Shown here: piece by piece, positions 31,304 through 39,086 of the stretch
Numbering within the stretch: position 1 is the first letter of the stretch
Layout: every line of letters starts with the position of its first letter
NCBI GenBank assembly: GCA_016903655.1
Contig: JADQBC010000001.1
Coordinates: 13,371 to 77,370, forward strand
Reading direction: 5' to 3'
Length of the DNA stretch: 64,000 bases
Source of the DNA: Gomphosphaeria aponina SAG 52.96 = DSM 107014
GTDB lineage: Bacteria; Cyanobacteriota; Cyanobacteriia; Cyanobacteriales; Gomphosphaeriaceae
Notes under the pieces: model-generated
What the model saw: only the letters and a program-made list of their open reading frames with translations
The model's database searches: none
What the model was told of the DNA's origin: nothing
Made by a program: the position numbers and the translations under genes

Positions 31304-32530
31304 TCAGATAACAAAATATTCAGTGACACTAGCATTTTCTAAACTTAGATGAACACTAAATTCCTCCCCAGTGGTTCCATATAATTGTAATTGAATCCAA
31401 TTATCAGCTGCTCGAGATTCTGCTGCTAAAGGTGTTCCCGAATCATCCAGTACTGGTTTTCCTGCTTCATCAAGTATAACCAGTTTAAAATTCGGTGGCA
31501 GATAAATATTTTCTCCTCGAGGATAGGGATAAACTCGCAGACGAATATGGGTTATTTCCGAGGATTCCTGTTTAACAGAAACCACCAAAGAAACCGTCTT
31601 ACCAGCTAATCGCATCCCAAAATCAATCTCTTTTCCTCGCTTAAAAGCATCACGAAAATCCAGATCATCTTTTCTTCTCAAACGAAAACGAATTGGTTCT
31701 GGTTCTGGTTCTGGACCACCCAATAGTAATTCAACAGTTTTCCAACTTTCTTCCACAAAATGATTCATCCATTGAGTTAACCTTGTCTGCAACGCTCGTT
31801 TTCTATACATTCTTAATCTCCATGTATCATTGGCTAGTAAAGCATTCCAAATACCAGAAAATACTTGTCGTTTCGGTAAAACTAATTCTGGGTTTCCCAA
31901 CTTTGCTAATAACTTTTCTGCCTCCATTGGCGAAATTTGCTGGGGAGTTGTTATTACTCCTTTTGTCGATTGTTCTTGACAAAAATCCAAAGAAAGTAAG
32001 AGTACATTGGGGTCAAGGATTAAATCTTTCTGCTCCAGATAATAAAGGTGAAAATCCCTGTCATATACTGCTTTTTCTTGGATTTTCCTCTGGGTTGTAT
32101 ATGCCAAAATCCTCATTATTCCCACTTCTACATTGATTTGCACTGCTAGATAATAATCTCCAGCCCAACTTGGTATCTCTACCCATTCTCCAGGAATAGC
32201 CAACTCAAACTCATCAGCAGCATATTCACAATTTATCTGGGAGCAGGGAAGAATAACAATACGTTTATCATTAATAGTAATTGCACTCCCATTAACAAAT
32301 TCCCAAATACTAGGTAACTCCTCTGACTTCCAGACAGAAGCTTCTCCAGTATAATTCTCTGCCAACCAAGCTAAAATCCCTTCTAAACTCAGGCGATTTA
32401 AATAAGCTTGCCAACGATTTCCTGGACAAGAAAAAGCCTCAGTTTCTTCCCAAGCCAAATTTTGACTCTCTGGTGATATTTCTAACAAAATACCTTGTGC
32501 TATTTGATGATTGAGTTTAGTTGTGTTCAT
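31304..32530 (-). CDS. DUF1822 family protein (function unknown)
   Basis: 408 aa. The segments NRWQAYLNRLSLEGILAWL, IPGEWVEIPSWAGDYYLAVQINVE, LTQWMNHFVEESW, YLPPNFKLVILDEAG and ASVTEYFVI match my memory of the DUF1822 family consensus. Confidence 0.75.
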   Translation of the reverse strand: MNTTKLNHQIAQGILLEISPESQNLAWEETEAFSCPGNRWQAYLNRLSLEGILAWLAENYTGEASVWKSEELPSIWEFVNGSAITINDKRIVILPCSQINCEYAADEFELAIPGEWVEIPSWAGDYYLAVQINVEVGIMRILAYTTQRKIQEKAVYDRDFHLYYLEQKDLILDPNVLLLSLDFCQEQSTKGVITTPQQISPMEAEKLLAKLGNPELVLPKRQVFSGIWNALLANDTWRLRMYRKRALQTRLTQWMNHFVEESWKTVELLLGGPEPEPEPIRFRLRRKDDLDFRDAFKRGKEIDFGMRLAGKTVSLVVSVKQESSEITHIRLRVYPYPRGENIYLPPNFKLVILDEAGKPVLDDSGTPLAAESRAADNWIQLQLYGTTGEEFSVHLSLENASVTEYFVI

Positions 32531-32853
32531 TTTTTCACTTCCTTAAATGCTCTTTTTAACAAACTTGCAAAAATTTCTTTCGGTAATTGATTCAGGGCTT
32601 TTCTTCTCTCTTGAATTACCTCATCAGTTAAACAAAGATGCGGTTCTCTTTTTTGCCAAATAGGAATCAATTTTTTTATCAACATATCAATAAACTTTTC
32701 CTTGCGTCTTCTCACTTTGCACCAGCTTTTTTTGTTTCCATATATAATTTCTGCTGTTATTTCCAATGAATAATCTTGACAATAATATAAATCTAATATT
32801 TGCCAAATTTCCGTCGCAAATTCTTGTTTTCTCACACCTACTTTTCTAGCCAT
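32527..32853 (-). CDS. Small protein resembling sigma-70 region 4 (HTH)
   Basis: 108 aa. EIWQILDLYYCQDYSLEITAEIIYGNKKSWCKVRRRKEKFIDMLIKKL parallels the ECF region 4 pattern (R.V..L.Y..G.S..EIA..LG.S..TVKSRL.RAR..L). ATGA overlap with the DUF1822 start. Confidence 0.45.
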   Translation of the reverse strand: MARKVGVRKQEFATEIWQILDLYYCQDYSLEITAEIIYGNKKSWCKVRRRKEKFIDMLIKKLIPIWQKREPHLCLTDEVIQERRKALNQLPKEIFASLLKRAFKEVKK

Positions 32854-32867
32854 ATGTTGCTCATCAA

Positions 32868-33749
32868 TTAATTATAACCTTTAATTTCTCTAAAAACTTC
32901 AACAATGACTCCATATAATTCCTCTAATTCCTCCGAAAATTCCTCATTGATTAATTCTCTTTCCTTCCTCTCAGCTTCAGGGGCTGTTACTTTATTATTA
33001 AAATAACGGTAAACTATTGCGTCAATGATAGTCTGGATAATCTTGAAAATATCTTGTTCATTATATCTGGGAAAATCTCCTGGCTTTTCTTGATTGTAAG
33101 CCCTAGCTATTCTTTCCCAAACTGGATCAGCTTCACCTTGCAATGACCCGTAACCATTTTTATGAGTGGGGGCAGCAAGTTTATTAAAATATTCTCTCAC
33201 TAAAATATATTTAGGAATTTCTTCGGGGTATAAACCATATTCTTCGAGAGCTTTCTTAGTTGAGCGCATTGTTTTGCAGTTTAATAACCAAAGATCTGTG
33301 CGAAACGCTTTTGGATCACATTTTTTCCTGACATAATCTTTAAAAAATCCAACAAATTTCGTATAAGCATAACTTTTGAGAAATCCTATCTCAGGTTTAA
33401 ATTTGTTTAAAATGTTCCCGATTCTAGTTTGACAATCCTGAAAATAATCTTCCTGGGATACTCCATAACTATGGTACTTATTAGCAAAAGATTGAACTGC
33501 ATCATAACAAACTCTTCCTAAATAAGCTGTTAAGTGTTTTTGTAGTACTAAACTCTCAGGTGTTTGTTGCCATTGGACAAAAATCTGACTGGCACATTCT
33601 TCTGGAGTAGGAAGAGAAGGGAGCTGGTTTAAGTAGTACTCGATACTCTTTTTTAATTGAGAATCTTCTACCCAAACAGGAAAGTTTCCCAATACTCCCT
33701 TGTCAGGGAAAGTAGAAAATATTTGTATCAACTCTTGTCTTTCTGTCAT
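32868..33749 (-). CDS. Divergent sigma-70-like protein carrying a region-2-like segment
   Basis: 293 aa. LTAYLGRVCYDAVQSFANKY...SQEDYFQDCQTRIGNILNKFKPEIGFLKSYAYTKFVGFFKDYVRKK aligns by eye with the sigma70_r2 pattern (VYR.A.R...AEDL.QE.F.K....L..F....F..WL..IA.N...D.LRK). Confidence 0.5.
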   Translation of the reverse strand: MTERQELIQIFSTFPDKGVLGNFPVWVEDSQLKKSIEYYLNQLPSLPTPEECASQIFVQWQQTPESLVLQKHLTAYLGRVCYDAVQSFANKYHSYGVSQEDYFQDCQTRIGNILNKFKPEIGFLKSYAYTKFVGFFKDYVRKKCDPKAFRTDLWLLNCKTMRSTKKALEEYGLYPEEIPKYILVREYFNKLAAPTHKNGYGSLQGEADPVWERIARAYNQEKPGDFPRYNEQDIFKIIQTIIDAIVYRYFNNKVTAPEAERKERELINEEFSEELEELYGVIVEVFREIKGYN

Positions 33750-33766
33750 ATACTTTATCAGCTTAA

Positions 33767-33905
33767 GATTTGAGTTTTTTGAATTATTTTAAATAATAGA
33801 TTTGAGTCAAGTTGAAAATTCTTTTTTATAAAAAATATTACAAATTTAAAATTACTACCTAACCCATCATCTAATCATAGTCCTCATCTAATCATTCATA
33901 TCACA
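33767..33905. repeat. Bipartite intergenic repeat, copy 1 (Box A 33767-33794, Box B 33860-33897)
   Basis: Box A GATTTGAGTTTTTTGAATTATTTTAAAT is 28/28 identical to 37866-37893. Box B is TAACCCATCATCTAATCATAGTCCTC. Box A starts 17 nt from the start codon of the sigma-like gene. Confidence 0.8.
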
Positions 33906-34138
33906 TTTAAGTGATATGTACAAATACAGGTAGCCTCCAGACCTAGATAGTATCCTTGAAGTCAACCTCTCTTTGGTAAAAACTCAGTACGTTTATTACT
34001 TCGTTACAAAAAGGGGTTTTTATGCAGTTTTGCACCAAAAAAATTTTTTACTTCTTTTTGTTACCCTTTTATGGTAATGGTTCTGGGTACATCAGTAAGT
34101 AGTAGGTATGGCTATAGCCCTTGGAACGAAACCCAACA

Positions 34139-34366
34139 GGCGTTGCTGAATTGAAGCATGAAACCTTAAAGTAGCCAGAGCGGGGTGGAAAGTGCCCAGA
34201 GGGTTTTATAGCAAAGATGGGAATAGTTAGGACATTATCAAAATCTAAAACTTAATAATAGTAAGGGTTTTCCTTCTGCCTTCTGCCCTCTGCCTTCTGC
34301 CTTCTGCTATAGTTTGGTTAGTAGTGTTTGTAATAAAATAATTCATGACTCAAAAAACGCAACGCC
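34139..34366. repeat. R1-family MITE-like element with internal (CCTTCTG)x5 heptamer array
   Basis: Termini GGCGTTGC (34139) and GCAACGCC (34366). Heptamers occupy 34272-34306. The right arm tttggttagtagtgtttgtaa...ctcaaaaaacgcaacgcc is the inverse of the 3635 copy. Confidence 0.65.
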
Positions 34367-34751
34367 ACCCAACAAAAACCCTATCAGTACCCTCTTGAGT
34401 CTTTTGTCTTCAATGATTGCTTATAAATTATTTAACACTGCGCTGATTTCTTTTTTTCCATTTTATGAAAGAAATATTTTTACAATACAAGGGGTTTCAA
34501 AACCTTGTCTCCCAGGACTTGATCTATTTCATAACTTTATTAAAAATGGTATAAACGTCCTCATCATTCCAATATTTGCTATAACAGCAGCTTGAATACC
34601 GAACAAATTAACAGTTAAATAACTAGATAATTATATTAGAAATAAAAATCTCCAGAAAAATTTTATATTTAGCTGGGTGTTTTTCATGTAAATTATAAAA
34701 AGGCAGATCGATTGTTTTGAGAAGTCTAGATGAAAAAGGAGAATAAATTTT

Positions 34752-36041
34752 ATGTCCAGTTCAACTCAAGTTAAGTCTCAAGAAACGAGTCCAAACAGTA
34801 ATAAACTTTACCATCAAATTGTAGTAGTTGGTGGAGGGGCTGGGGGCATAACCGTGACTGCTCAGTTACTCAATCAAAATAAAAATTTGGATATTGCCAT
34901 TATTGAGCCATCAGATAAGCACTATTACCAACCTGCATGGACTTTAGTAGGAGCAGGAAATTATCAAATAGAAGATACAGAAAAAAACGAAAAAGATTGT
35001 ATTCCCTCTGCTGCAACCTGGATTAAAGCCGCTGTCGAACAGTTTGACCCAGAAAATAATTTAGTCATCACTAAAACAGGGCAACAAGTGGGGTATGAAT
35101 ATTTAATTGTTTGCCCTGGGATTCAGCTTGACTGGCATTTAATAAAAGGACTAAAAGAAGCCATCGGCAAAGATGGAGTTACTAGCAATTATGGGAAAGA
35201 ATATGCCCCTTATACTTGGGAAACTATCAAAAACTTTCAAGGTGGTAATGCTATTTTTACCTATCCTGCAACGCCGATTAAATGTGCTGGCGCTCCCCAA
35301 AAAATTATGTATCTTGCTGATGATGCTTTTCGTAAACAAAAAGTCCGCAACCAGTCTAATATTATTTACTGTACAGCAGGAGCAACAATTTTTGCTGTGC
35401 CACAGTACGGGAAATCATTGGAAAAAATAATTGATCGGAAAAATATTCAAGTCAAATATCAACACAACCTCAAAGAAATTAAAGCCGAAAGTAAAGAGGC
35501 AATTTTTGCTGTCACTACTGAAGCAGGAGTCAAAGAAGTTAGCATTAAATATGATTTAATTCATGTCACTCCACCCATGAGTGCGCCTGATTTTATTAAA
35601 AATAGTCCCTTAGCAGTAAAAGATAATTCTGGAGGTTGGGTAGATGTGGACAAATACACATTGCAACATAATGTTTTCAAGAATGTTTTTAGCTTAGGTG
35701 ATGCCTCTTCTTTACCCACCTCAAAAACTGCCGCAGCTATTCGCAAAGAAGCCCCTACTTTAGTAGAAAATCTCCTATCATTAATGGAGTCAAAGGAGCT
35801 AAATGGTAAGTATAATGGTTATGCTTGTTGCCCTTTAGTTACGGGTTATGGGAAAACAATCATGGCAGAATTTGACTATGAGAAAAACCTCACACCTAGT
35901 TTTCCTTTAGATCCGACTAAAGAACGTTATAGTATGTGGCTAGTAAAACGCTATGTTTTGCCTTGGCTTTATTGGAATCGGATGTTAAAAGGCAAAGCTT
36001 TTGAGGGAGATATGTTAAAATTTTTGCACAGCAAAAGTTGA
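34752..36041 (+). CDS. sqr: Sulfide:quinone oxidoreductase, type II (SQOR-like)
   Basis: 429 aa with FAD motif VVVGGGAGG, conserved Cys contexts PIKCAGAPQK and NGYACCPL, and the C-terminal YSMWLVKRYVLPWLYWNRMLKG typical of type II SQR. Confidence 0.9.
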   Translation: MSSSTQVKSQETSPNSNKLYHQIVVVGGGAGGITVTAQLLNQNKNLDIAIIEPSDKHYYQPAWTLVGAGNYQIEDTEKNEKDCIPSAATWIKAAVEQFDPENNLVITKTGQQVGYEYLIVCPGIQLDWHLIKGLKEAIGKDGVTSNYGKEYAPYTWETIKNFQGGNAIFTYPATPIKCAGAPQKIMYLADDAFRKQKVRNQSNIIYCTAGATIFAVPQYGKSLEKIIDRKNIQVKYQHNLKEIKAESKEAIFAVTTEAGVKEVSIKYDLIHVTPPMSAPDFIKNSPLAVKDNSGGWVDVDKYTLQHNVFKNVFSLGDASSLPTSKTAAAIRKEAPTLVENLLSLMESKELNGKYNGYACCPLVTGYGKTIMAEFDYEKNLTPSFPLDPTKERYSMWLVKRYVLPWLYWNRMLKGKAFEGDMLKFLHSKS

Positions 36042-36077
36042 TTGGTCATTAGTCTAAGCTCATTAGTTAACCATCAA

Positions 36078-36668
36078 CTAAAGTTGAGTGCCAGTACCCC
36101 CATCTGCGGGATGAAGAAAAGGGAGTAGGTTAATATTAAAAGAAGGAGCAGCTTCAACCGCAGATAAATTAAATAGTTGTTGAAAAAAGTTGTCCCCAGT
36201 AAAAGTATTTATCCCCAGAGTTGGTTGACCACTGTCAGCTAAAACCAAATTTTTGAATACAAGTTCAAGGGTGATAGCAGCATTTTGACCAGGAGGCACA
36301 GTTAAAACAATTCGACAACTTGGGTTTTTCTGAGTAGTGACACAGATAGTCTCCTGGCCATTTTCAATTGAAGTTTGCAGTTCAAGCAGACCATCAAGGC
36401 GATATAATTCTAGACGTTGGCTAATTTCCCGACAGCGTACATCAGAAGTCCAGCCACCTCCTAACTGGTTGGGAACTGCCCAGGGATATGCTCTACTTGA
36501 TTGACTGGGGGGATAATACATAACAGTCCACTCACCATTAAAAGTCTCACAAGTAAAGCGCTGGTTGCCATCAGTTGAGGCAAAAGTTGCACCGCTTAAT
36601 AAGAATAAACTACTTAGAAAAACAATTCCCCGCAAGCAACTAAAAAATGGTTTGATCTTTTGTGACAT
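36078..36668 (-). CDS. COP23 (circadian oscillating protein 23)-family secreted protein
   Basis: Signal peptide, then FTCETFNGEWTV...GGGWTSDVRCREISQRL...ETICVTTQKNPSCRIVLTVPPG. I prefer the start at 36668 (MSQKIKPFF). Confidence 0.65.
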   Translation of the reverse strand: MSQKIKPFFSCLRGIVFLSSLFLLSGATFASTDGNQRFTCETFNGEWTVMYYPPSQSSRAYPWAVPNQLGGGWTSDVRCREISQRLELYRLDGLLELQTSIENGQETICVTTQKNPSCRIVLTVPPGQNAAITLELVFKNLVLADSGQPTLGINTFTGDNFFQQLFNLSAVEAAPSFNINLLPFLHPADGGTGTQL

Positions 36669-36797
36669 AACATTAATTCCCCAAGTATGTTGCCAATTAT
36701 GACGCACAGTGGCGGAAAATGTTTCTCTGTTGGACAGGCAAAAAATGACAGATTTTGAGAAGATGATTAGAAGATTGGCTCAATTTGAAACAAAATT

Positions 36798-37100
36798 ATG
36801 TCCCTACTAGCAGCTCTCAAAAAAATGCAGTCATGGATCCGCAGTAAGCACCTTATTTATGCGGGAGATTTTTTGATTTTAGAAACCTTAAAATATCCAA
36901 CTGTGGAGCGATTTGAGGAATGTATTTCTACTTTAGGAGGTACCCTTTTGGGTGTAGCTACAGTGAAAAAAGTTTCCCTGGATAATCAGCGAATAGTAAT
37001 TCTTTATCGAGCTAAAGCGACTTTCTCTACTCCTCATAATCAACTTAAAGAATATTGGTTTAATTATGGCAGTTTTTCTACTCGTTTTGAGCAAGAGTGA
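36798..37100 (+). CDS. Hypothetical protein
   Basis: 100-aa ORF. I recognise no family. Confidence 0.4.
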   Translation: MSLLAALKKMQSWIRSKHLIYAGDFLILETLKYPTVERFEECISTLGGTLLGVATVKKVSLDNQRIVILYRAKATFSTPHNQLKEYWFNYGSFSTRFEQE

Positions 37101-37194
37101 TAGGCGATCGCCTATTTGACTGCCACCATTTCTTGATTATTAAAACACAAGCACTATATAATAATTGGAGTCTGCCAAAGTGAGGAATAAAAAA

Positions 37195-37773
37195 ATGGGA
37201 AAAAAAAGAGATCAAGCTGCCAACAAGTCTGCTAAGAAAAAATCCCACAAGCGACGCATTTTTCTGACTTCCACAGGGTTAGCCTTGTTGAGTAAAATCG
37301 CCAAAAAAGCTGCCCTATCCAAGTCTGCCCTCGTAGAGCAAATAGCCTTGGGTTCCATTGCCATCGCCAGTCCCCAAGCAAATAAAACTATCAATCTAAT
37401 TACTACAGAAACCTTAGAAAAGGAAGCAACCAATATTGAGATAGTAACTGATCCTCAACCAGCTCTCAAAGAGGAGATCTCTAATGTAGAAAAACAGCTA
37501 GCTTTAGAAAAATCCCACCTTGCTCAACAGGCAGCAAGTTACGAAGCTTTGAACACAGAGTTACAACAACAAATTAGTCTCAATCAACAGTTACAACAAC
37601 AACTTAAACAAACCCAAGGTTTAGTAGCCCAAGAAGCCGCAAGTAATCGGTCTTTGCAGCAAAAAATACAAGCTCAATCCACTCAGATTGAAAACTTAGA
37701 AAAAAAACTTACTGAATTACAGAGTCTAGCGAGAATTGGCGAATCACAATTAAACAAGTGGCGTAAGTTTTAG
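37195..37773 (+). CDS. Hypothetical basic N-terminus / RHH-like segment / Q-rich coiled-coil protein
   Basis: A KKR-rich N-terminus, then RRIFLTSTGLALLSKIAKKAALSKSALVEQIALG (ribbon-helix-helix-like), then a glutamine-rich coiled coil. The ATG at 37195 is preferred over the TTG at 37165. Confidence 0.45.
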   Translation: MGKKRDQAANKSAKKKSHKRRIFLTSTGLALLSKIAKKAALSKSALVEQIALGSIAIASPQANKTINLITTETLEKEATNIEIVTDPQPALKEEISNVEKQLALEKSHLAQQAASYEALNTELQQQISLNQQLQQQLKQTQGLVAQEAASNRSLQQKIQAQSTQIENLEKKLTELQSLARIGESQLNKWRKF

Positions 37774-37865
37774 CTTACACCAGTCAATCGTTGATGGTTA
37801 ATTGTTGATTGTTCACACTTTCTGATTTCAACCATCAACCAGTGATTTATTTTTTATCAGGTTCT

Positions 37866-37974
37866 GATTTGAGTTTTTTGAATTATTTTAAATTTGGGAT
37901 CAGGGTTTTCACAGTTACCAAATATATCTAACCTATAATCTCATCATAGTCCTCTGAAAATCATTCCCCTCACA
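37866..37974. repeat. Bipartite intergenic repeat, copy 2 (Box A 37866-37893, Box B 37929-37966)
   Basis: Box A is identical to copy 1. Box B TAACCTATAATCTCATCATAGTCCTC matches copy 1 at 23/26 positions. The element ends 9 nt from the 3' end of tRNA-Ala. Confidence 0.8.
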
Positions 37975-37982
37975 GTATAAGA

Positions 37983-38055
37983 TGGAGGTAAGCGGACTCG
38001 AACCGCTGACCCTCTGCGTGCAAAGCAGATGCTCTACCAACTGAGCTATACCCCC
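37983..38055 (-). tRNA. tRNA-Ala (anticodon UGC), free-standing, CCA not encoded
   Basis: The reverse complement GGGGGTATAGCTCAGTTGGTAGAGCATCTGCTTTGCACGCAGAGGGTCAGCGGTTCGAGTCCGCTTACCTCCA folds as a cloverleaf. It has the G3:U70 Ala identity pair and a CTTTGCAC anticodon loop. Confidence 0.95.
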
Positions 38056-38099
38056 TTTTTTTCCTCTCTAAAATATCATTATAGACCATCCCCAAAAAA

Positions 38100-39086
38100 A
38101 TGGCAACAATTATCGCAACTTTTTATAAATTTTTTCCCCAGCCCGACTTTGCCGAGAGACGAAAACCCTTACAGACTGCCTGTCAGAAGGAAAAAATCAA
38201 GGGAACAATTCTTTTAGCCCCAGAAGGAATTAACGGAACCATCGCTGGATCTGAAGCAGCCATTCAGCGCATTTTTACCTTTTTGCGCAGTGATCCGCGC
38301 TGTGGCGACCTGGAGTATAAAGAGTCAAAAGCAGAAAACCCCCCATTTGCACGGCTGAAAGTGCGCTTAAAAAAAGAAATAGTCACCCTGGGGGTGGAGG
38401 AAATAGATCCCAACCAGCAAGTAGGAACTTATGTCCAACCCAAAGACTGGAATGCTCTGATCACAGACCCAGAAGTGTTAGTGCTCGACACCCGCAACAA
38501 CTATGAAGTAAATATTGGTAGTTTCAAAGGAGCGATTAATCCCCAAACCCACTCATTTCGAGAATTTCCCGCTTATGTTGACCAGCATTTAGCTCCTACC
38601 AAACACAAAAAAATTGCCCTCTTTTGTACTGGAGGTATTCGCTGTGAAAAAGCCACATCTTTGATGCTCAATAAAGGGTTTCAGGCAGTCTATCACCTCA
38701 AGGGCGGCATTCTGAAATATCTGGCAGAAGTGCCAGCTCAAGAAAGTTTATGGGAAGGAGAGTGTTTTGTCTTTGACGAGCGCATTGCAGTCAAACATGG
38801 CTTAGAGTTTGGCACTTATCAAATGTGTGGTAGTTGTGGGCATCCAGTATCCCCAGCAGAGCAAACCTCACCTAAATATCAAGCAGGAATTTCCTGTCCC
38901 TACTGTTACGCCAACCTCACCGAAGAAAAAAGGAAACGTCGGGAGGAAAAACAGCGACAACTTCAACTTACCGCCAAAAGAAAGCTTAAAAACGTTTCAG
39001 CACCAGAGTTAGCCCATCAGCGATCGGCACCAACGCATGAGTTACCCGATCATCCTGATGTATTTTTTGATTCAGCGAGCGAATAG
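38100..39086 (+). CDS. trhO: Rhodanese-domain tRNA uridine(34) hydroxylase (TrhO/YceA, UPF0176)
   Basis: Family-typical N-terminus (ATFYKFFP...GTILLAPEGINGTIAG), rhodanese active-site loop CTGGIRCEK, and a C-terminal Cys cluster CGSCGHP...CPYCY. Confidence 0.85.
   Translation: MATIIATFYKFFPQPDFAERRKPLQTACQKEKIKGTILLAPEGINGTIAGSEAAIQRIFTFLRSDPRCGDLEYKESKAENPPFARLKVRLKKEIVTLGVEEIDPNQQVGTYVQPKDWNALITDPEVLVLDTRNNYEVNIGSFKGAINPQTHSFREFPAYVDQHLAPTKHKKIALFCTGGIRCEKATSLMLNKGFQAVYHLKGGILKYLAEVPAQESLWEGECFVFDERIAVKHGLEFGTYQMCGSCGHPVSPAEQTSPKYQAGISCPYCYANLTEEKRKRREEKQRQLQLTAKRKLKNVSAPELAHQRSAPTHELPDHPDVFFDSASE

Noticed and set aside
31693-32136. 147-aa + ORF antisense to the DUF1822 gene, and the similar small + ORFs inside the CHAT-CHASE2 gene
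   Set aside because: They are nested antisense to long, motif-supported genes. They have no Shine-Dalgarno sequence and hydrophobic low-complexity translations.
34314-34595. 93-aa + ORF in the long spacer upstream of sqr
   Set aside because: Its 5' third is the right arm of the R1 MITE-like element (34308-34366). I recognise no family and its codon usage is AT-skewed.
38029-38217. Track ORF of 62 aa on the + strand
   Set aside because: Its 5' part is the antisense of the tRNA-Ala gene and its 3' part overlaps the trhO start in another frame.
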